Shown in pieces: positions 46,073-55,877 of a stretch of 64,000 nt of DNA. The translations under genes were made by a program, and so were the position numbers. Location: NCBI GenBank assembly GCA_034520505.1, contig JAXHNK010000002.1:425269-489268 (forward strand), given 5' to 3'. This stretch comes from Anaerolineales bacterium. GTDB taxonomy: Bacteria > Chloroflexota > Anaerolineae > Anaerolineales > UBA11858. The stretch's first letter is position 1. Every line of letters starts with the position of its first letter. Below the pieces are notes generated by a model. The model did not search any database. It was not told where the DNA came from and worked only from the letters and a program-made list of their open reading frames with translations.

Positions 46073-48580
46073 ATGGAGATCGGCTCAGTTCAAGAGATCA
46101 ATATCGACCAGGAAATGCGTTCATCTTACCTGGATTACGCGATGAGCGTTATCGTTGCCCGGGCTCTTCCCGACGCCCGTGACGGTCTCAAACCCGTCCA
46201 CCGGCGGATCCTTTATGCCATGTATGACATGGGCATCCGCTCCAACAGTTCTTATAAAAAATCCGCCCGGATCGTCGGAGAGGTCCTGGGAAAATATCAC
46301 CCGCATGGAGACAGCGCAGTTTACGACTCCATGGTCCGCATGGCACAAACCTTTTCTATGCGCTACCCGCTGGTCGATGGCCAGGGCAATTTCGGTTCCA
46401 TTGACGGCGATGAACCTGCAGCCATGCGCTACACCGAAGCCCGGATGGACGCGATCTCCGAAGAGATGCTGTCCGACATTGGAAAAGACACGGTCGACTT
46501 CACCGATAACTTTGACGGCTCGTTGCAGGAGCCTGACGCCCTGCCCGCCAGGCTTCCCAACCTGCTGCTCAACGGAGCTGCGGGGATCGCTGTCGGCATG
46601 GCCACCAACATCCCTCCTCACAACCTCAACGAGCTGGCTGCCGGGATCAACTACCTGATTGACCACTATCACCAGATCGACGAAGTGACGATCGAAGACC
46701 TGATCCAGTTTATCCCCGGCCCGGATTTTCCCACCGGGGGCATTATTGTCGGCGATGACGGCATCCGCCAGGCTTATGTCACCGGCCGAGGCCGGATCGT
46801 CCTGCGGGGAAGGGCTCACATCGAGGAAATGGATCAGGACCGCTACCGGATTGTGATCACCGAAATCCCCTACCAGCTGAAAAAAACCACGCTCATTGAA
46901 CGGATCGCCAGCCTGGTCCGGGAAGACAAAATCAAGGATATTTCTGACCTCCGGGATGAATCCGACCGGATGGGGATGAGCATTATCATTGAGCTGAAAA
47001 AGAACACCCAGCCGCGGAAAGTGCTTTACCAGCTTTATAAATATTCCGCGCTGCAGTCCACATTTGGTGCCCAGATGCTCGCCCTGATTGACGATGAACC
47101 CCGGCTGCTCTCCTTGAAACAAGCGCTCCGGCTGTACATTGAGCACCGCTTAGATGTCATCCAGCGGCGGACAAAGTATGACCTGGAAAAAGCCGAATCC
47201 CGGGCGCACATCCTGGAAGGCCTGCTGATTGCCCTGGCGAACCTGGACGAGGTCATCGCCACCATCCGCGGTGCCCCGGACGCAGACACCGCCAAAGAAA
47301 CGCTTATCGAACGATTTGAACTCAGCGAGGACCAAGCCCAGGCCATCCTCAACATGCAGCTCAGGCGCTTAGCAGCCCTGGAGCGGCAGAAGATTGAAGA
47401 GGAACACAGCGAGCTGCTGGAAACAATCAATGACCTTAAAACCCTGCTGGGCAGCCGGGATGATCAATTAACCGTGATCAAGGACGATCTCGCTGAGCTG
47501 GTGGAAAAATATGGAGATAAACGCCGAACCGATATTGCACCCGATGCCAGCCGGGAAATAAACGAGGAAGACCTGGTCCCGGATAAACCCATCCTGATCA
47601 GCATCACCGAAAGAGGCTACATCAAACGGGTGATGGCCCGCACATTCCGGGCACAAAAACGGGGAGGAATTGGCATCAAGGGTCATGAAACCCGGGATGA
47701 GGATGAAGTGATGTCCATGTTCCCGGCCCGCACCCTGGATACAGTTTTGTTCTTCTCTGACCGCGGCAAGGTGTATTCTGCCAAAGCCTACCAGATCCCT
47801 GCCGCCGGGAGGACAAGCAGGGGGCTGCCGATCGTCAACGTGCTTAACATCGATCCCGATGAAAAGATCACGGCTATCCTTCCCATCTCTGACTTTGAAG
47901 AGGGGAAATTCTGCACCATGGTCACCCAGCAAGGGATCATCAAACGGGTAAACCTCAGAGAGTTTGAATCCGTCCGCCCCTCGGGTTTGATCGCCATCTC
48001 CCTCAAGGATGATGACCGCCTGGGTTGGGTCGCCCTTTCCAGCGGCGAAGACGAAATCATCATCATCACCCGCAACGGTTATGCCCTCCGCTTCCAGGAA
48101 AATGACGTCCGGGCCATGAATCGCCCTGCCATGGGCGTGATCGGCATTCGCCTGCGGCCGGGAGATGAGGTTATGGGCATGGAAATAGTTGAGGAGGACG
48201 GCGATCTACTGGTGATCACAGATCACGGCTTCGGCAAACGCTCTGCCCTTTCTGAATACCCCACGCGGGGGCGGGCAACCATGGGCGTGCTGACCATCGA
48301 CAAGAAAGCCATTCCCTCTATTGGCGCTGTAGCAGCTGCCCGGGTGATTCAGTCCGATGAGGATTTGCTGACTATCATTTCCACCGAGGGGACCGTGATG
48401 AGAACCCAGGCCAGGGATATTTCCCGCTACAACCGGGCAGCCCGGGGCGTGCACATCATGCAGATGAGAGAAAACGACCACGTCGCCTCCATAGCCCGCT
48501 TTACTCCCTCGGAACTGATGACCGAAGAAGAAGAAAATGATGCCGAAGAAATCGGAGGAGATCAAGCAGAAACCGAGTAG
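46073..48580 (+). CDS. gyrA: DNA gyrase subunit A
   Basis: The start is placed at ATG 46073. [28 protein letters not shown], the active-site AAMRYTEAR, and a C-terminal beta-pinwheel with an acidic tail. Confidence 0.95.
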   Translation: MEIGSVQEINIDQEMRSSYLDYAMSVIVARALPDARDGLKPVHRRILYAMYDMGIRSNSSYKKSARIVGEVLGKYHPHGDSAVYDSMVRMAQTFSMRYPLVDGQGNFGSIDGDEPAAMRYTEARMDAISEEMLSDIGKDTVDFTDNFDGSLQEPDALPARLPNLLLNGAAGIAVGMATNIPPHNLNELAAGINYLIDHYHQIDEVTIEDLIQFIPGPDFPTGGIIVGDDGIRQAYVTGRGRIVLRGRAHIEEMDQDRYRIVITEIPYQLKKTTLIERIASLVREDKIKDISDLRDESDRMGMSIIIELKKNTQPRKVLYQLYKYSALQSTFGAQMLALIDDEPRLLSLKQALRLYIEHRLDVIQRRTKYDLEKAESRAHILEGLLIALANLDEVIATIRGAPDADTAKETLIERFELSEDQAQAILNMQLRRLAALERQKIEEEHSELLETINDLKTLLGSRDDQLTVIKDDLAELVEKYGDKRRTDIAPDASREINEEDLVPDKPILISITERGYIKRVMARTFRAQKRGGIGIKGHETRDEDEVMSMFPARTLDTVLFFSDRGKVYSAKAYQIPAAGRTSRGLPIVNVLNIDPDEKITAILPISDFEEGKFCTMVTQQGIIKRVNLREFESVRPSGLIAISLKDDDRLGWVALSSGEDEIIIITRNGYALRFQENDVRAMNRPAMGVIGIRLRPGDEVMGMEIVEEDGDLLVITDHGFGKRSALSEYPTRGRATMGVLTIDKKAIPSIGAVAAARVIQSDEDLLTIISTEGTVMRTQARDISRYNRAARGVHIMQMRENDHVASIARFTPSELMTEEEENDAEEIGGDQAETE

Positions 48581-48602
48581 GACTTTTTCCAACAGAAAAC
48601 AC

Positions 48603-48640
48603 AAACCGCCCTGATTTAATGACCAGGGCGGTTTTTTTTA
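48603..48640. terminator. Bidirectional rho-independent terminator between gyrA (+) and a small minus-strand gene
   Basis: 9-bp stem ACCGCCCTG/CAGGGCGGT followed by T8. The reverse complement is also followed by a T-rich tract. Confidence 0.75.
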
Positions 48641-48665
48641 TTGTTCCCTCTCCAGAATAATGAAA

Positions 48666-48878
48666 TCAGACAGGAAAGCCAATTTTACCGGCAACCAGCA
48701 AACAAAAAGTGCTGAGGATCATTACGGTCAAAAAAAGCAGGACAGCAATCACAAATCGCTGAACGGGGGTCATACCTAAAATGATTCGTTCAGTGTCCAC
48801 AGGCTTCTGCCAGATTTCTTCCTCGTCGAAGGTGAAATCATCATCTTCAAATTGATTCCGGATCTCATCGATGGACAT
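48666..48878 (-). CDS. Small hypothetical membrane protein (70 aa; acidic N-terminus, 1-2 TM)
   Basis: AGGAG lies 7 nt upstream of ATG 48878. Hydrophobic stretch FVIAVLLFLTVMILSTFCLLVAG. Confidence 0.5.
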   Translation of the reverse strand: MSIDEIRNQFEDDDFTFDEEEIWQKPVDTERIILGMTPVQRFVIAVLLFLTVMILSTFCLLVAGKIGFPV

Positions 48879-48926
48879 AGCGTAATCTCCTGACCGTCAC
48901 AGCTCTTTTCTAAGTTTAGCTTATTT

Positions 48927-49724
48927 TTATAATCTGTCAACCGGACGAAGCCGGATCTCCCCCATTTGGAAAACGCGTACCTCGCCGGAAGCTGTCTTCA
49001 AAAGCAGGGATCCATCATCATCTAACCCTTGCTGGATCCCCGAAGCAATTTGCCGGTCATCAACGCTCAGACTTACCATCTGACCCTGATAAGCCAGAGA
49101 GCGCTCCCAGGATCGAATAAAAGCTTTACCCGGCAGTTTTTGATGGAAAGCGAGCAGCTGCTCCAGGAAAGCAGCCATCAGCGGCAGCCTCTCTACGGGC
49201 GCTCCTGCGGCTTCTTCTACCGTCCCCGGGGGGAAGCGGAATTCCACCTTTTCCGGAATCGCTCCCTTCTTCACGTTCAAACCCACTCCCAGGATCACTT
49301 CCTTCAGCCTTTTTCCCTGCCAGTTAAGATCGACCAGGACCCCGCCCACTTTCCTCCCCGCCAGCAGGATGTCATTGGGCCACTTGACCCGGGCGGAAAG
49401 CCCCTGAAGCTGGTTTACTGCTGCGGTCATGGCTAAAGCGCCCAGACCGCTGTAACGCCCCGGATGCTGGCTCACATCCCCCGGGGGAAGTTGGGGGTGG
49501 ATGACCACACTGAGCGCCAGGGACGTCCCGGGACGCGTCACCCAGGTCCTCCCCCGCCTGCCGCGTCCGGCGGTTTGTTCATCAGCCACAATCACAGAAA
49601 AATCAGGGAGATTGGAGAGATTCATCCTTGACGCCTGCAGATTAGTGGAATCTACCCGGGGATAATAATAAATCTCACCCAGAGGAAGATCAGCTAGTGC
49701 TTTTTCAATTTGGTCCTGGTTCAT
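48927..49724 (-). CDS. birA: Biotin--[acetyl-CoA-carboxylase] ligase (group I, no HTH domain)
   Basis: GRGRRGRTW motif, KWPNDIL, and a C-terminal SH3-like end. The start is placed at ATG 49724 because the track's upstream extension runs through a terminator hairpin. Confidence 0.85.
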   Translation of the reverse strand: MNQDQIEKALADLPLGEIYYYPRVDSTNLQASRMNLSNLPDFSVIVADEQTAGRGRRGRTWVTRPGTSLALSVVIHPQLPPGDVSQHPGRYSGLGALAMTAAVNQLQGLSARVKWPNDILLAGRKVGGVLVDLNWQGKRLKEVILGVGLNVKKGAIPEKVEFRFPPGTVEEAAGAPVERLPLMAAFLEQLLAFHQKLPGKAFIRSWERSLAYQGQMVSLSVDDRQIASGIQQGLDDDGSLLLKTASGEVRVFQMGEIRLRPVDRL

Positions 49725-49730
49725 CAACCT

Positions 49731-49736
49731 ATTGTA
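49731..49736 (-). promoter_or_regulatory. Candidate -10 box (TACAAT) placing the transcription start at or next to the birA ATG (leaderless)
   Basis: The minus strand reads TACAAT-aggttg-ATG. There is no SD. Confidence 0.3.
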
Positions 49737-49742
49737 CAACAT

Positions 49743-49773
49743 AAAAAAGGACGGGGCTGTCCCGTCCTTTTTT
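49743..49773 (-). terminator. Rho-independent terminator after ftsH (symmetric A/T tracts; could work on both strands)
   Basis: AAAAAAGGACGGG-loop-CCCGTCCTTTTTT, 19 nt downstream of the ftsH stop. Confidence 0.75.
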
Positions 49774-49791
49774 ATGGAAAACATTAATCGA

Positions 49792-51651
49792 TCAGACTTG
49801 ATTCTTTACAGGCATCCCGGCATTCTTGGGGTTAGGCACCGGGAAGATCTCATCCAGCTTCTCACTGGACACAGTCTCTTCTTCCAGGAGCACAGCTGCC
49901 AGCTCGTCCAGCACATCCCGGTATTTGATCAACAAATCTTTCGCTTTTTGATAAGACTCACTGACCAGAGACTTGACCTCGGCATCAATTTTTTCCGCTA
50001 CGGATTCCGAGTAATCCCGCTGTTCAGAAAATTCCTTGCCCAGAAAGACCATCTCATCTTTTTGACCGTACACCATCGGACCTAATTCATCGCTCATACC
50101 CAGGCGGGTGACCATCTTGCGGGCCATCAGGGTGACCCTTTCCAAATCGTTGGAAGCGCCCGAAGTGATATCGCTGAACACGATCTCCTCAGCGGCTCGC
50201 CCCCCCAGCAAACTGACCATATCCGCCAGCATCTTGTTCCGGGAAATCAAAGTTCGGTCCCGCTCGGGCAAGATCAAAGTGTAGCCGCCGGCCTGACCGC
50301 GGGCGATGATGGAAACTTTATGCACGTGGTCCGCTTCAGGTAAAGAACGGGCCGCGATGGCATGTCCAGCTTCATGGTAAGCGATAATTTCTTTCTCTTC
50401 GTCGCTGATCAACCGGCTCTTCCTCTCCGGACCGGCGATCACACGTTCGACTGCTTCCTGGAAATCTTCCTGTTCGATAACCTTCTTTTCCTTGCGGGCA
50501 GCCTGAATCGCTGCTTCGTTAATCATATTTTCCAGGTCAGCGCCCACAAATCCAGGGGTTGACTTGGCCAGGGTTTTCAAATCGACGTCTTCAGCCAGCG
50601 GTTTTCCCCGGGCATGAACCTTGAGGATCGCTTCCCGACCGCGGATATCCGGTTTATCCAGGATCACCCGGCGGTCAAAACGTCCCGGTCGCAGCAGGGC
50701 AGGATCCAGCACATCGGGCCGGTTCGTGGCCGCGATGATAATCACATTGGTGTCAGTATCAAATCCATCCATCTCCACCAGGATCTGATTCAAGGTTTGT
50801 TCCCGCTCATCGTGACTTCCCCCCAGGCCAGCTCCCCGTTGACGTCCCACGGCGTCAATCTCATCGACAAAAACAATACATGGAGAGTCGCTTTTAGCCT
50901 TATCAAATAAATCCCGCACCCGGCTGGCGCCCACACCAACGAACATCTCCACAAACTCTGAACCGGAAATAGAGTAAAAAGGGACTCCGGCCTCACCGGA
51001 TACTGCTTTGGCCAGCAGGGTTTTCCCTGTCCCGGGGGCACCCATCAGCAGCACACCTTTAGGAATCCGGGCACCGAGAGCCATAAATTTTTCGGGTTCT
51101 TTGAGAAATTCAACCACCTCAAAGAGTTCCTCTTTAGCTTCCGGAACACCGGCCACATCATCATAGGTCACGGTGGGGTTATCACCTGTGAATTTCCGGG
51201 CCTTAGACTGACCAAAGTTCATTGCGGCATTCCCCCCACCCCGGGCTTGCCGGAAAACAAACCAGAACAACCCCGCCACCATGATGAAGGGCAGCACATA
51301 CCCCAGGACATTGACCACACCCAACCAGGTGCTGGGAGGCTTGATCTCAATTTTCACATTGCCGGGATCCAGCTCATCCGTGGTCACTCCCAATTCCTTC
51401 AACTGCTCGATAAAAGTGGCGTCCGGTTCCTTCTGGGACTTGCCTTCCGAGCCATCCGGGTAGACTATCCGCAGGTTGTTTTCATCAACCACCACCCGGG
51501 CGACCTCACCAGTTTTGATCTTGTTAGCTACTTCTCCAATGGTTAACTCATCGCTGGTTAACTGCTGCTGTTGAAAGTTATAAAACACCAGCACGATGAT
51601 GCTGACAAACAATAGGATATAAATGAATGAGGATCTGTTATTAGAATCCAC
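49792..51651 (-). CDS. ftsH: ATP-dependent zinc metalloprotease FtsH
   Basis: 619 aa. [23 protein letters not shown] region, HEAGHA zinc site. GGAGG lies 5 nt before GTG 51651. Confidence 0.95.
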   Translation of the reverse strand: MDSNNRSSFIYILLFVSIIVLVFYNFQQQQLTSDELTIGEVANKIKTGEVARVVVDENNLRIVYPDGSEGKSQKEPDATFIEQLKELGVTTDELDPGNVKIEIKPPSTWLGVVNVLGYVLPFIMVAGLFWFVFRQARGGGNAAMNFGQSKARKFTGDNPTVTYDDVAGVPEAKEELFEVVEFLKEPEKFMALGARIPKGVLLMGAPGTGKTLLAKAVSGEAGVPFYSISGSEFVEMFVGVGASRVRDLFDKAKSDSPCIVFVDEIDAVGRQRGAGLGGSHDEREQTLNQILVEMDGFDTDTNVIIIAATNRPDVLDPALLRPGRFDRRVILDKPDIRGREAILKVHARGKPLAEDVDLKTLAKSTPGFVGADLENMINEAAIQAARKEKKVIEQEDFQEAVERVIAGPERKSRLISDEEKEIIAYHEAGHAIAARSLPEADHVHKVSIIARGQAGGYTLILPERDRTLISRNKMLADMVSLLGGRAAEEIVFSDITSGASNDLERVTLMARKMVTRLGMSDELGPMVYGQKDEMVFLGKEFSEQRDYSESVAEKIDAEVKSLVSESYQKAKDLLIKYRDVLDELAAVLLEEETVSSEKLDEIFPVPNPKNAGMPVKNQV

Positions 51652-51763
51652 GCAAACCTCCGGAACTGCCGTTTCGTACTGAAAGCCCTCCCCTCTAAAA
51701 AGGGAAAACCGCCAGATGGTTGTCTAAAAAACCTAGTTTTTTAACAAGAAATGAAGCATAAAC

Positions 51764-51772
51764 ATTATACCA
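51764..51772 (-). promoter_or_regulatory. Extended -10 promoter element (TGgTATAAT) for ftsH
   Basis: The minus strand reads TGGTATAAT about 110 nt upstream of the ftsH start. Confidence 0.4.
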
Positions 51773-51887
51773 ACCTAATAAATAGTTGGATATAGAGGAA
51801 GGATAATTAATAAGGATCTTACAATGCTTTTCGCCCGATCCCGAAAATCCTCAACCGCTGAAAGCCCCGCAGGTATTTACACTTTTT

Positions 51888-53144
51888 CTACCCGCGAATA
51901 TGGTTTTCTCCGCGGATGACCCATTTATAGGTCGTCAGCTCTTTCAGCGCCATCGGTCCCCGGGCATGCAGCCGCTGGGTTGAAATGGCGACTTCCGCCC
52001 CCAGTCCGAGCTGGGAACCGTCCGTGAAGCGGGTGCTGGCGTTGACATAAACACAGGCCGAGTCCACCACCCGGGTGAAATAATCGGCATGCGCCTCCTC
52101 CCTGGTGAGAATGCCGTCCGAGTGCTGGGTGCTGTGGCTTTCTATGTGCTCGACTGCTTCCTGTAAATCATCCACCACTTTCAGGCTTAACACCAGCGAA
52201 AGCCATTCGGTATCGAAGTCTCCATCCGCCGCGGGTTGTACTTGTCCCTGGGGATAATCCTTGAGCACGGACAGGGCCCGGGGATCAGCCCGGAAGGTAA
52301 CCCCATCTGCCGTAAGGCGGTCAACCACTTCCGCTAAGAATTCAGCGGCCAGCGTTTGATGCACCAATAAAGTGTCCAGGGCGTTGCACACTGAAGGCCG
52401 CTGGACTTTGGCGTTCCGAATGACATCCAGAGCCGCCTCCCGGTCAGCAGAGGCATCCACAAACAGGTGACAGATTCCCATGCCGCCGGTGATCACCGGG
52501 ATGGTGCTGTTCTCCCGACAGAAGCGGTGCAGCGCCGCGCCGCCGCGGGGGATGAGCATATCTATCCATTCGTGCATCTTCAATAACTCAGCCACATACC
52601 TGCGGTCAGGCGAGTCAATCAACTGCACAGCTCCCGACGGCAGTCCATTTTCTACCAGGGCATCCTGAATGATAGTCACCAGGATGCGGTTGGAATAGAT
52701 CGTCTCGCTGCCCCCGCGGAGAATGACCGCGTTCCCTGTTTTCAAAGCCAGCCCGGCCACATCCAGGGTGACATTGGGCCGGGATTCATAAATTACAGCA
52801 ATCACACCCAGCGGAACCCGGACCTTTTTCACCTTCAACCCTACATCCGTGGTGAACTTTTCCAGGACTTCTCCCACCGGATCGGAAAGTTCACTGACCC
52901 GGTTCAGATCAGCGGCAATCCCGGCTATTCGCTCCCGGGTCAACACCAGGCGATCAATCAGGTGATCTGCCATCCCTGCTTCCCGGGCTTCGCTTACATC
53001 CCGCCTGTTTGCAGCTAGCACCTCCTCTTCCCGTTCTTCAAGTTCTGCTGCAATTCGCTGGAGCGCCTGATTCTTTTCCGCCGATGATAACATCGCCAGT
53101 TTTCGTGACGCCTTTTTTGCGTTTTGAGCCATCTTCCTTAACAC
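51888..53144 (-). CDS. proA: Glutamate-5-semialdehyde dehydrogenase (gamma-glutamyl phosphate reductase)
   Basis: The ProA N-terminus AKKASRKLAMLSSAEKNQAL aligns with the E. coli ProA start when GTG 53144 is used (GGGAGGG 7 nt upstream). Catalytic Cys block VCNALDTLLVH. The track start is 53174. Confidence 0.9.
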   Translation of the reverse strand: MLRKMAQNAKKASRKLAMLSSAEKNQALQRIAAELEEREEEVLAANRRDVSEAREAGMADHLIDRLVLTRERIAGIAADLNRVSELSDPVGEVLEKFTTDVGLKVKKVRVPLGVIAVIYESRPNVTLDVAGLALKTGNAVILRGGSETIYSNRILVTIIQDALVENGLPSGAVQLIDSPDRRYVAELLKMHEWIDMLIPRGGAALHRFCRENSTIPVITGGMGICHLFVDASADREAALDVIRNAKVQRPSVCNALDTLLVHQTLAAEFLAEVVDRLTADGVTFRADPRALSVLKDYPQGQVQPAADGDFDTEWLSLVLSLKVVDDLQEAVEHIESHSTQHSDGILTREEAHADYFTRVVDSACVYVNASTRFTDGSQLGLGAEVAISTQRLHARGPMALKELTTYKWVIRGENHIRG

Positions 53145-53176
53145 GTAAACACCCTCCCAAGTAACATTTACCACCC

Positions 53177-54280
53177 CTAAACTAAAATCATGTTGTCATG
53201 ATGGACCAGCTCGTTGCCAAAACTAAAACCAAGGATCCTTTCAATATCCCGGGAATGATGCCCGCGCAGTTGTTTCATGCTCTGCTGATCGTAGTTAGCC
53301 AATCCCCGGGCAATTTCCTCCCCGCCCTCATCCACGATGGTCACGGTTTCGCCCCGCTCAAAGGATCCTTTCACCTCCACCACACCAACAGGCAGCAGGC
53401 TGCTGTGCCCTCTCTGCAGCACCGCACTCGCCCCGGCATCAACTACAAGTTTCCCATCGGACTGCGGGCCGGCAAGGATAAAGCGTTTGCGGCTTTCCAA
53501 ATTAGTGACCAGGGGCTGAAAACGGGTGCCCAGACGTTCTCCAGCGGTCACCCGGGGGATGACATCGGGTTCCGATCCCTGGGTGATGACCACCCGGGAT
53601 CCCGAGCGGCGGGCTAAATCCGCGGCCTGCAGTTTAGTATACATCCCTCCAGTGCCCAGCTGGCTGCTTCCCCTACTAGCAGCTTCCCACAATGATTCGG
53701 GGATGCGCTCCTCATTGACCTCGGGGATAAACCTGGCGTCCTGGTCCCTATCAGGATCGGCGGTGAACACGCCGGGTTTGTCGGTGAGCATGATCAAGAG
53801 GTCCGCTTCAATCAAGTTGCTGACCAGGGCAGAGAGATTGTCGTTGTCTCCCACCCGGATCTCCTCGGTAGCCACTGTATCGTTTTCGTTGACCACGGGT
53901 ATCACCCCCGTGGCAAGCAGCGCCTGCAGGGTATTGCGGGCGTTCAGATAGCGCCGTCGATCAGAAAGATCCAGCCTGGTGAGCAGCACCTGGGCCACAT
54001 CAACCTCATAAATGCCAAATAACTCAGTATAAACGCTCATTAACCGCGGCTGACCGACCGCAGCCAGCATCTGTTTGGCTGGGATAAATTTTGGCAGTTC
54101 TGGAAAGCCGAGAATTTCCCGACCGGTGGCCATCGCCCCCGAAGTAACCAGCACCAGCTGATGCCCTTGCTGATGCAGGCGGGCCATCTGTCCCACCAGA
54201 TCAACAATCTGGGGACGGGAGAGATTCTTCGTGCCTCCGGTCAGGGTTGAGGAACCAATTTTAACTACAATTCTTTTCAT
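53177..54280 (-). CDS. proB: Glutamate 5-kinase with a C-terminal PUA domain
   Basis: 367 aa. VVKIGSSTLT, VLVTSGA, VGDNDNLSA, and the PUA region. Confidence 0.9.
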   Translation of the reverse strand: MKRIVVKIGSSTLTGGTKNLSRPQIVDLVGQMARLHQQGHQLVLVTSGAMATGREILGFPELPKFIPAKQMLAAVGQPRLMSVYTELFGIYEVDVAQVLLTRLDLSDRRRYLNARNTLQALLATGVIPVVNENDTVATEEIRVGDNDNLSALVSNLIEADLLIMLTDKPGVFTADPDRDQDARFIPEVNEERIPESLWEAASRGSSQLGTGGMYTKLQAADLARRSGSRVVITQGSEPDVIPRVTAGERLGTRFQPLVTNLESRKRFILAGPQSDGKLVVDAGASAVLQRGHSSLLPVGVVEVKGSFERGETVTIVDEGGEEIARGLANYDQQSMKQLRGHHSRDIERILGFSFGNELVHHDNMILV

Positions 54281-54318
54281 GGAAGCCGGTCGTCCTGTTT
54301 ATCGGGTATTAAAGGCAA

Positions 54319-54347
54319 ATCATACTACAAAAGGAGTACCGTTTCAA
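54319..54347 (-). promoter_or_regulatory. Candidate sigma70-type promoter of proBA
   Basis: The minus strand reads TTGAAA (54342-54347), a 17-nt spacer, then TATGAT (54319-54324), about 38 nt upstream of ATG 54280. Confidence 0.5.
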
Positions 54348-54606
54348 ACCCAGTTCCCCTTCCCATCGCCAGGGACCCTCTCCCTCCAGCAAAAAGCAGA
54401 CTGATAAAACCCTGCCGGGGAAACCGATCGGCTCACCAGGGAATATAATTCGCCAGCATTTCCAGGGCAGACCCGGGAGAAAGGATCCCTCCATCAGCAC
54501 AACCGCAGCCCCCAACGCTGTCCTGGGACGCTGAAGGACCACGATGCGCTCACGCTCGGGAAAGGGAAGGACCGCCTTTCACCAGGAATTATTTATGTTT
54601 CTTGCC

Positions 54607-55866
54607 TCAAGGGATATCCAGCACCTGCCCGGGGATTAACGGCTCAGCAAAACCAAAGTCATTCGCCCGCAGTATGGATTCCGGACTGACATCCCCATAA
54701 AAGCAGGCAATGGAATTTATGGTGTCCCCCGGTTGTACCGTATACTTTCCGGGGTGAGGCCGCAGCGCCCGGGCTAGCGGGAAAGGGCGTCCCCCAGCGG
54801 GAAGCTGGATGACCTGCCCGGGATAGAGCTGGCTCTCCGGGGGGAGATTATTGGCGAGAAGAATATCTTCCGGCTTGATGTCAAACCGACGCCCCAGACA
54901 ATAGACAAACTCCCCCGGCCGGACAACATAACTGGAGGGAAGTTCTTCATCCCCTGCGGTTTGATCTGAATTTTCCTCCGCTTCCGAAGTGTTCTTTAGC
55001 TCCGGAGTCGGGGTAGGCTCCACGGTAGGTGAGGGGATAACCGTCGGGGAGGGAAGCGCCTGCCCCACCTCCGCCGGGTCAATTTCCACAAACGCCGTCA
55101 TCCCCCAGTGCAGGGTGAGATCTCCGGTTGAGGTCAGCTCCACGGTGACCTGATAGGTCACATTTCCCTGATAAGTGGATGCCCGCCGGGCGATCTCAAT
55201 AATCCTGCCCTTCAGGGTCCGATCAGGATAGGCAGCCAACTTGACCTCGACCTCCTGGCCAACTTCGATGTTTACCACATCTTCCTCTAACAAATCCAGG
55301 GTCTCAACCCGCCAGCTGCTGGTATCCGCCAGGATAATCACAGGCATGCCGGCATCCACAACCTGGCCTTCTTCTACTTCCACAGCAGCCACTTCCCCCT
55401 GAAGGGAAGCGGATAATTCAGCTTTCCCGAGCTGGATGTTCGCGGCTTCCAGGGCAGCCTTTGCCTGCTCAACCCCAGCTTCCGCCTGCTCTTCCTGGTC
55501 GGCAGTGCCGTGATCAGAAACGATATCCAGCTGAGCTTGAGCCCCTTTCACAGCAGCCTGCGCTTGCCTGACCTGAGCTTTCAAAGATTCGGCATCCAGA
55601 GCAAGTAAACGATCCCCTTTGACCACCAGATCACCCTCGTCCACAAAGATGGTTTCCACTAAACCGGGAATTTCCAGGGCTTGGACCACTACTTTCCGGG
55701 GCACCACCCGGCCCTCAGCGTTGATGGTCACCACCCGGGAAACCTCTGCGGAAGGGGTTGGCGTTGGTTCAACCGGAGCTAGATAGCGTTGATAACCCTG
55801 ATACCCTCCTAGAGAAAGGATGATGACGATAACCACACCTAGAATGATCCGATATTTAGTGGGCAT
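54607..55866 (-). CDS. HlyD-family membrane fusion protein fused to two C-terminal LysM peptidoglycan-binding domains
   Basis: 419 aa. N-terminal TM, lipoyl-like VETIFVDEGDLVVKGDRLLALD, a short coiled coil, a beta-barrel, a Pro/Thr linker, then LysM-like YVVRPGEFVYCLGRRF...YPGQVIQLP and YTVQPGDTINSIACFY...IPGQVLDIP. Confidence 0.85.
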   Translation of the reverse strand: MPTKYRIILGVVIVIILSLGGYQGYQRYLAPVEPTPTPSAEVSRVVTINAEGRVVPRKVVVQALEIPGLVETIFVDEGDLVVKGDRLLALDAESLKAQVRQAQAAVKGAQAQLDIVSDHGTADQEEQAEAGVEQAKAALEAANIQLGKAELSASLQGEVAAVEVEEGQVVDAGMPVIILADTSSWRVETLDLLEEDVVNIEVGQEVEVKLAAYPDRTLKGRIIEIARRASTYQGNVTYQVTVELTSTGDLTLHWGMTAFVEIDPAEVGQALPSPTVIPSPTVEPTPTPELKNTSEAEENSDQTAGDEELPSSYVVRPGEFVYCLGRRFDIKPEDILLANNLPPESQLYPGQVIQLPAGGRPFPLARALRPHPGKYTVQPGDTINSIACFYGDVSPESILRANDFGFAEPLIPGQVLDIP

Positions 55867-55877
55867 AACGATTCTCC

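Noticed and set aside
54281-54606. A possible T-box or riboswitch leader upstream of proBA, and the 77-aa ORF 54309..54542 (-).
   Set aside because: No T-box consensus (GGTGGTACCGCG-like) or recognisable riboswitch core was found. A TTGAAA-17-TATGAT promoter sits only about 38 nt from the proB start, so most of the region is upstream of the transcript. The ORF is Gly/Pro/Trp-rich with no SD.
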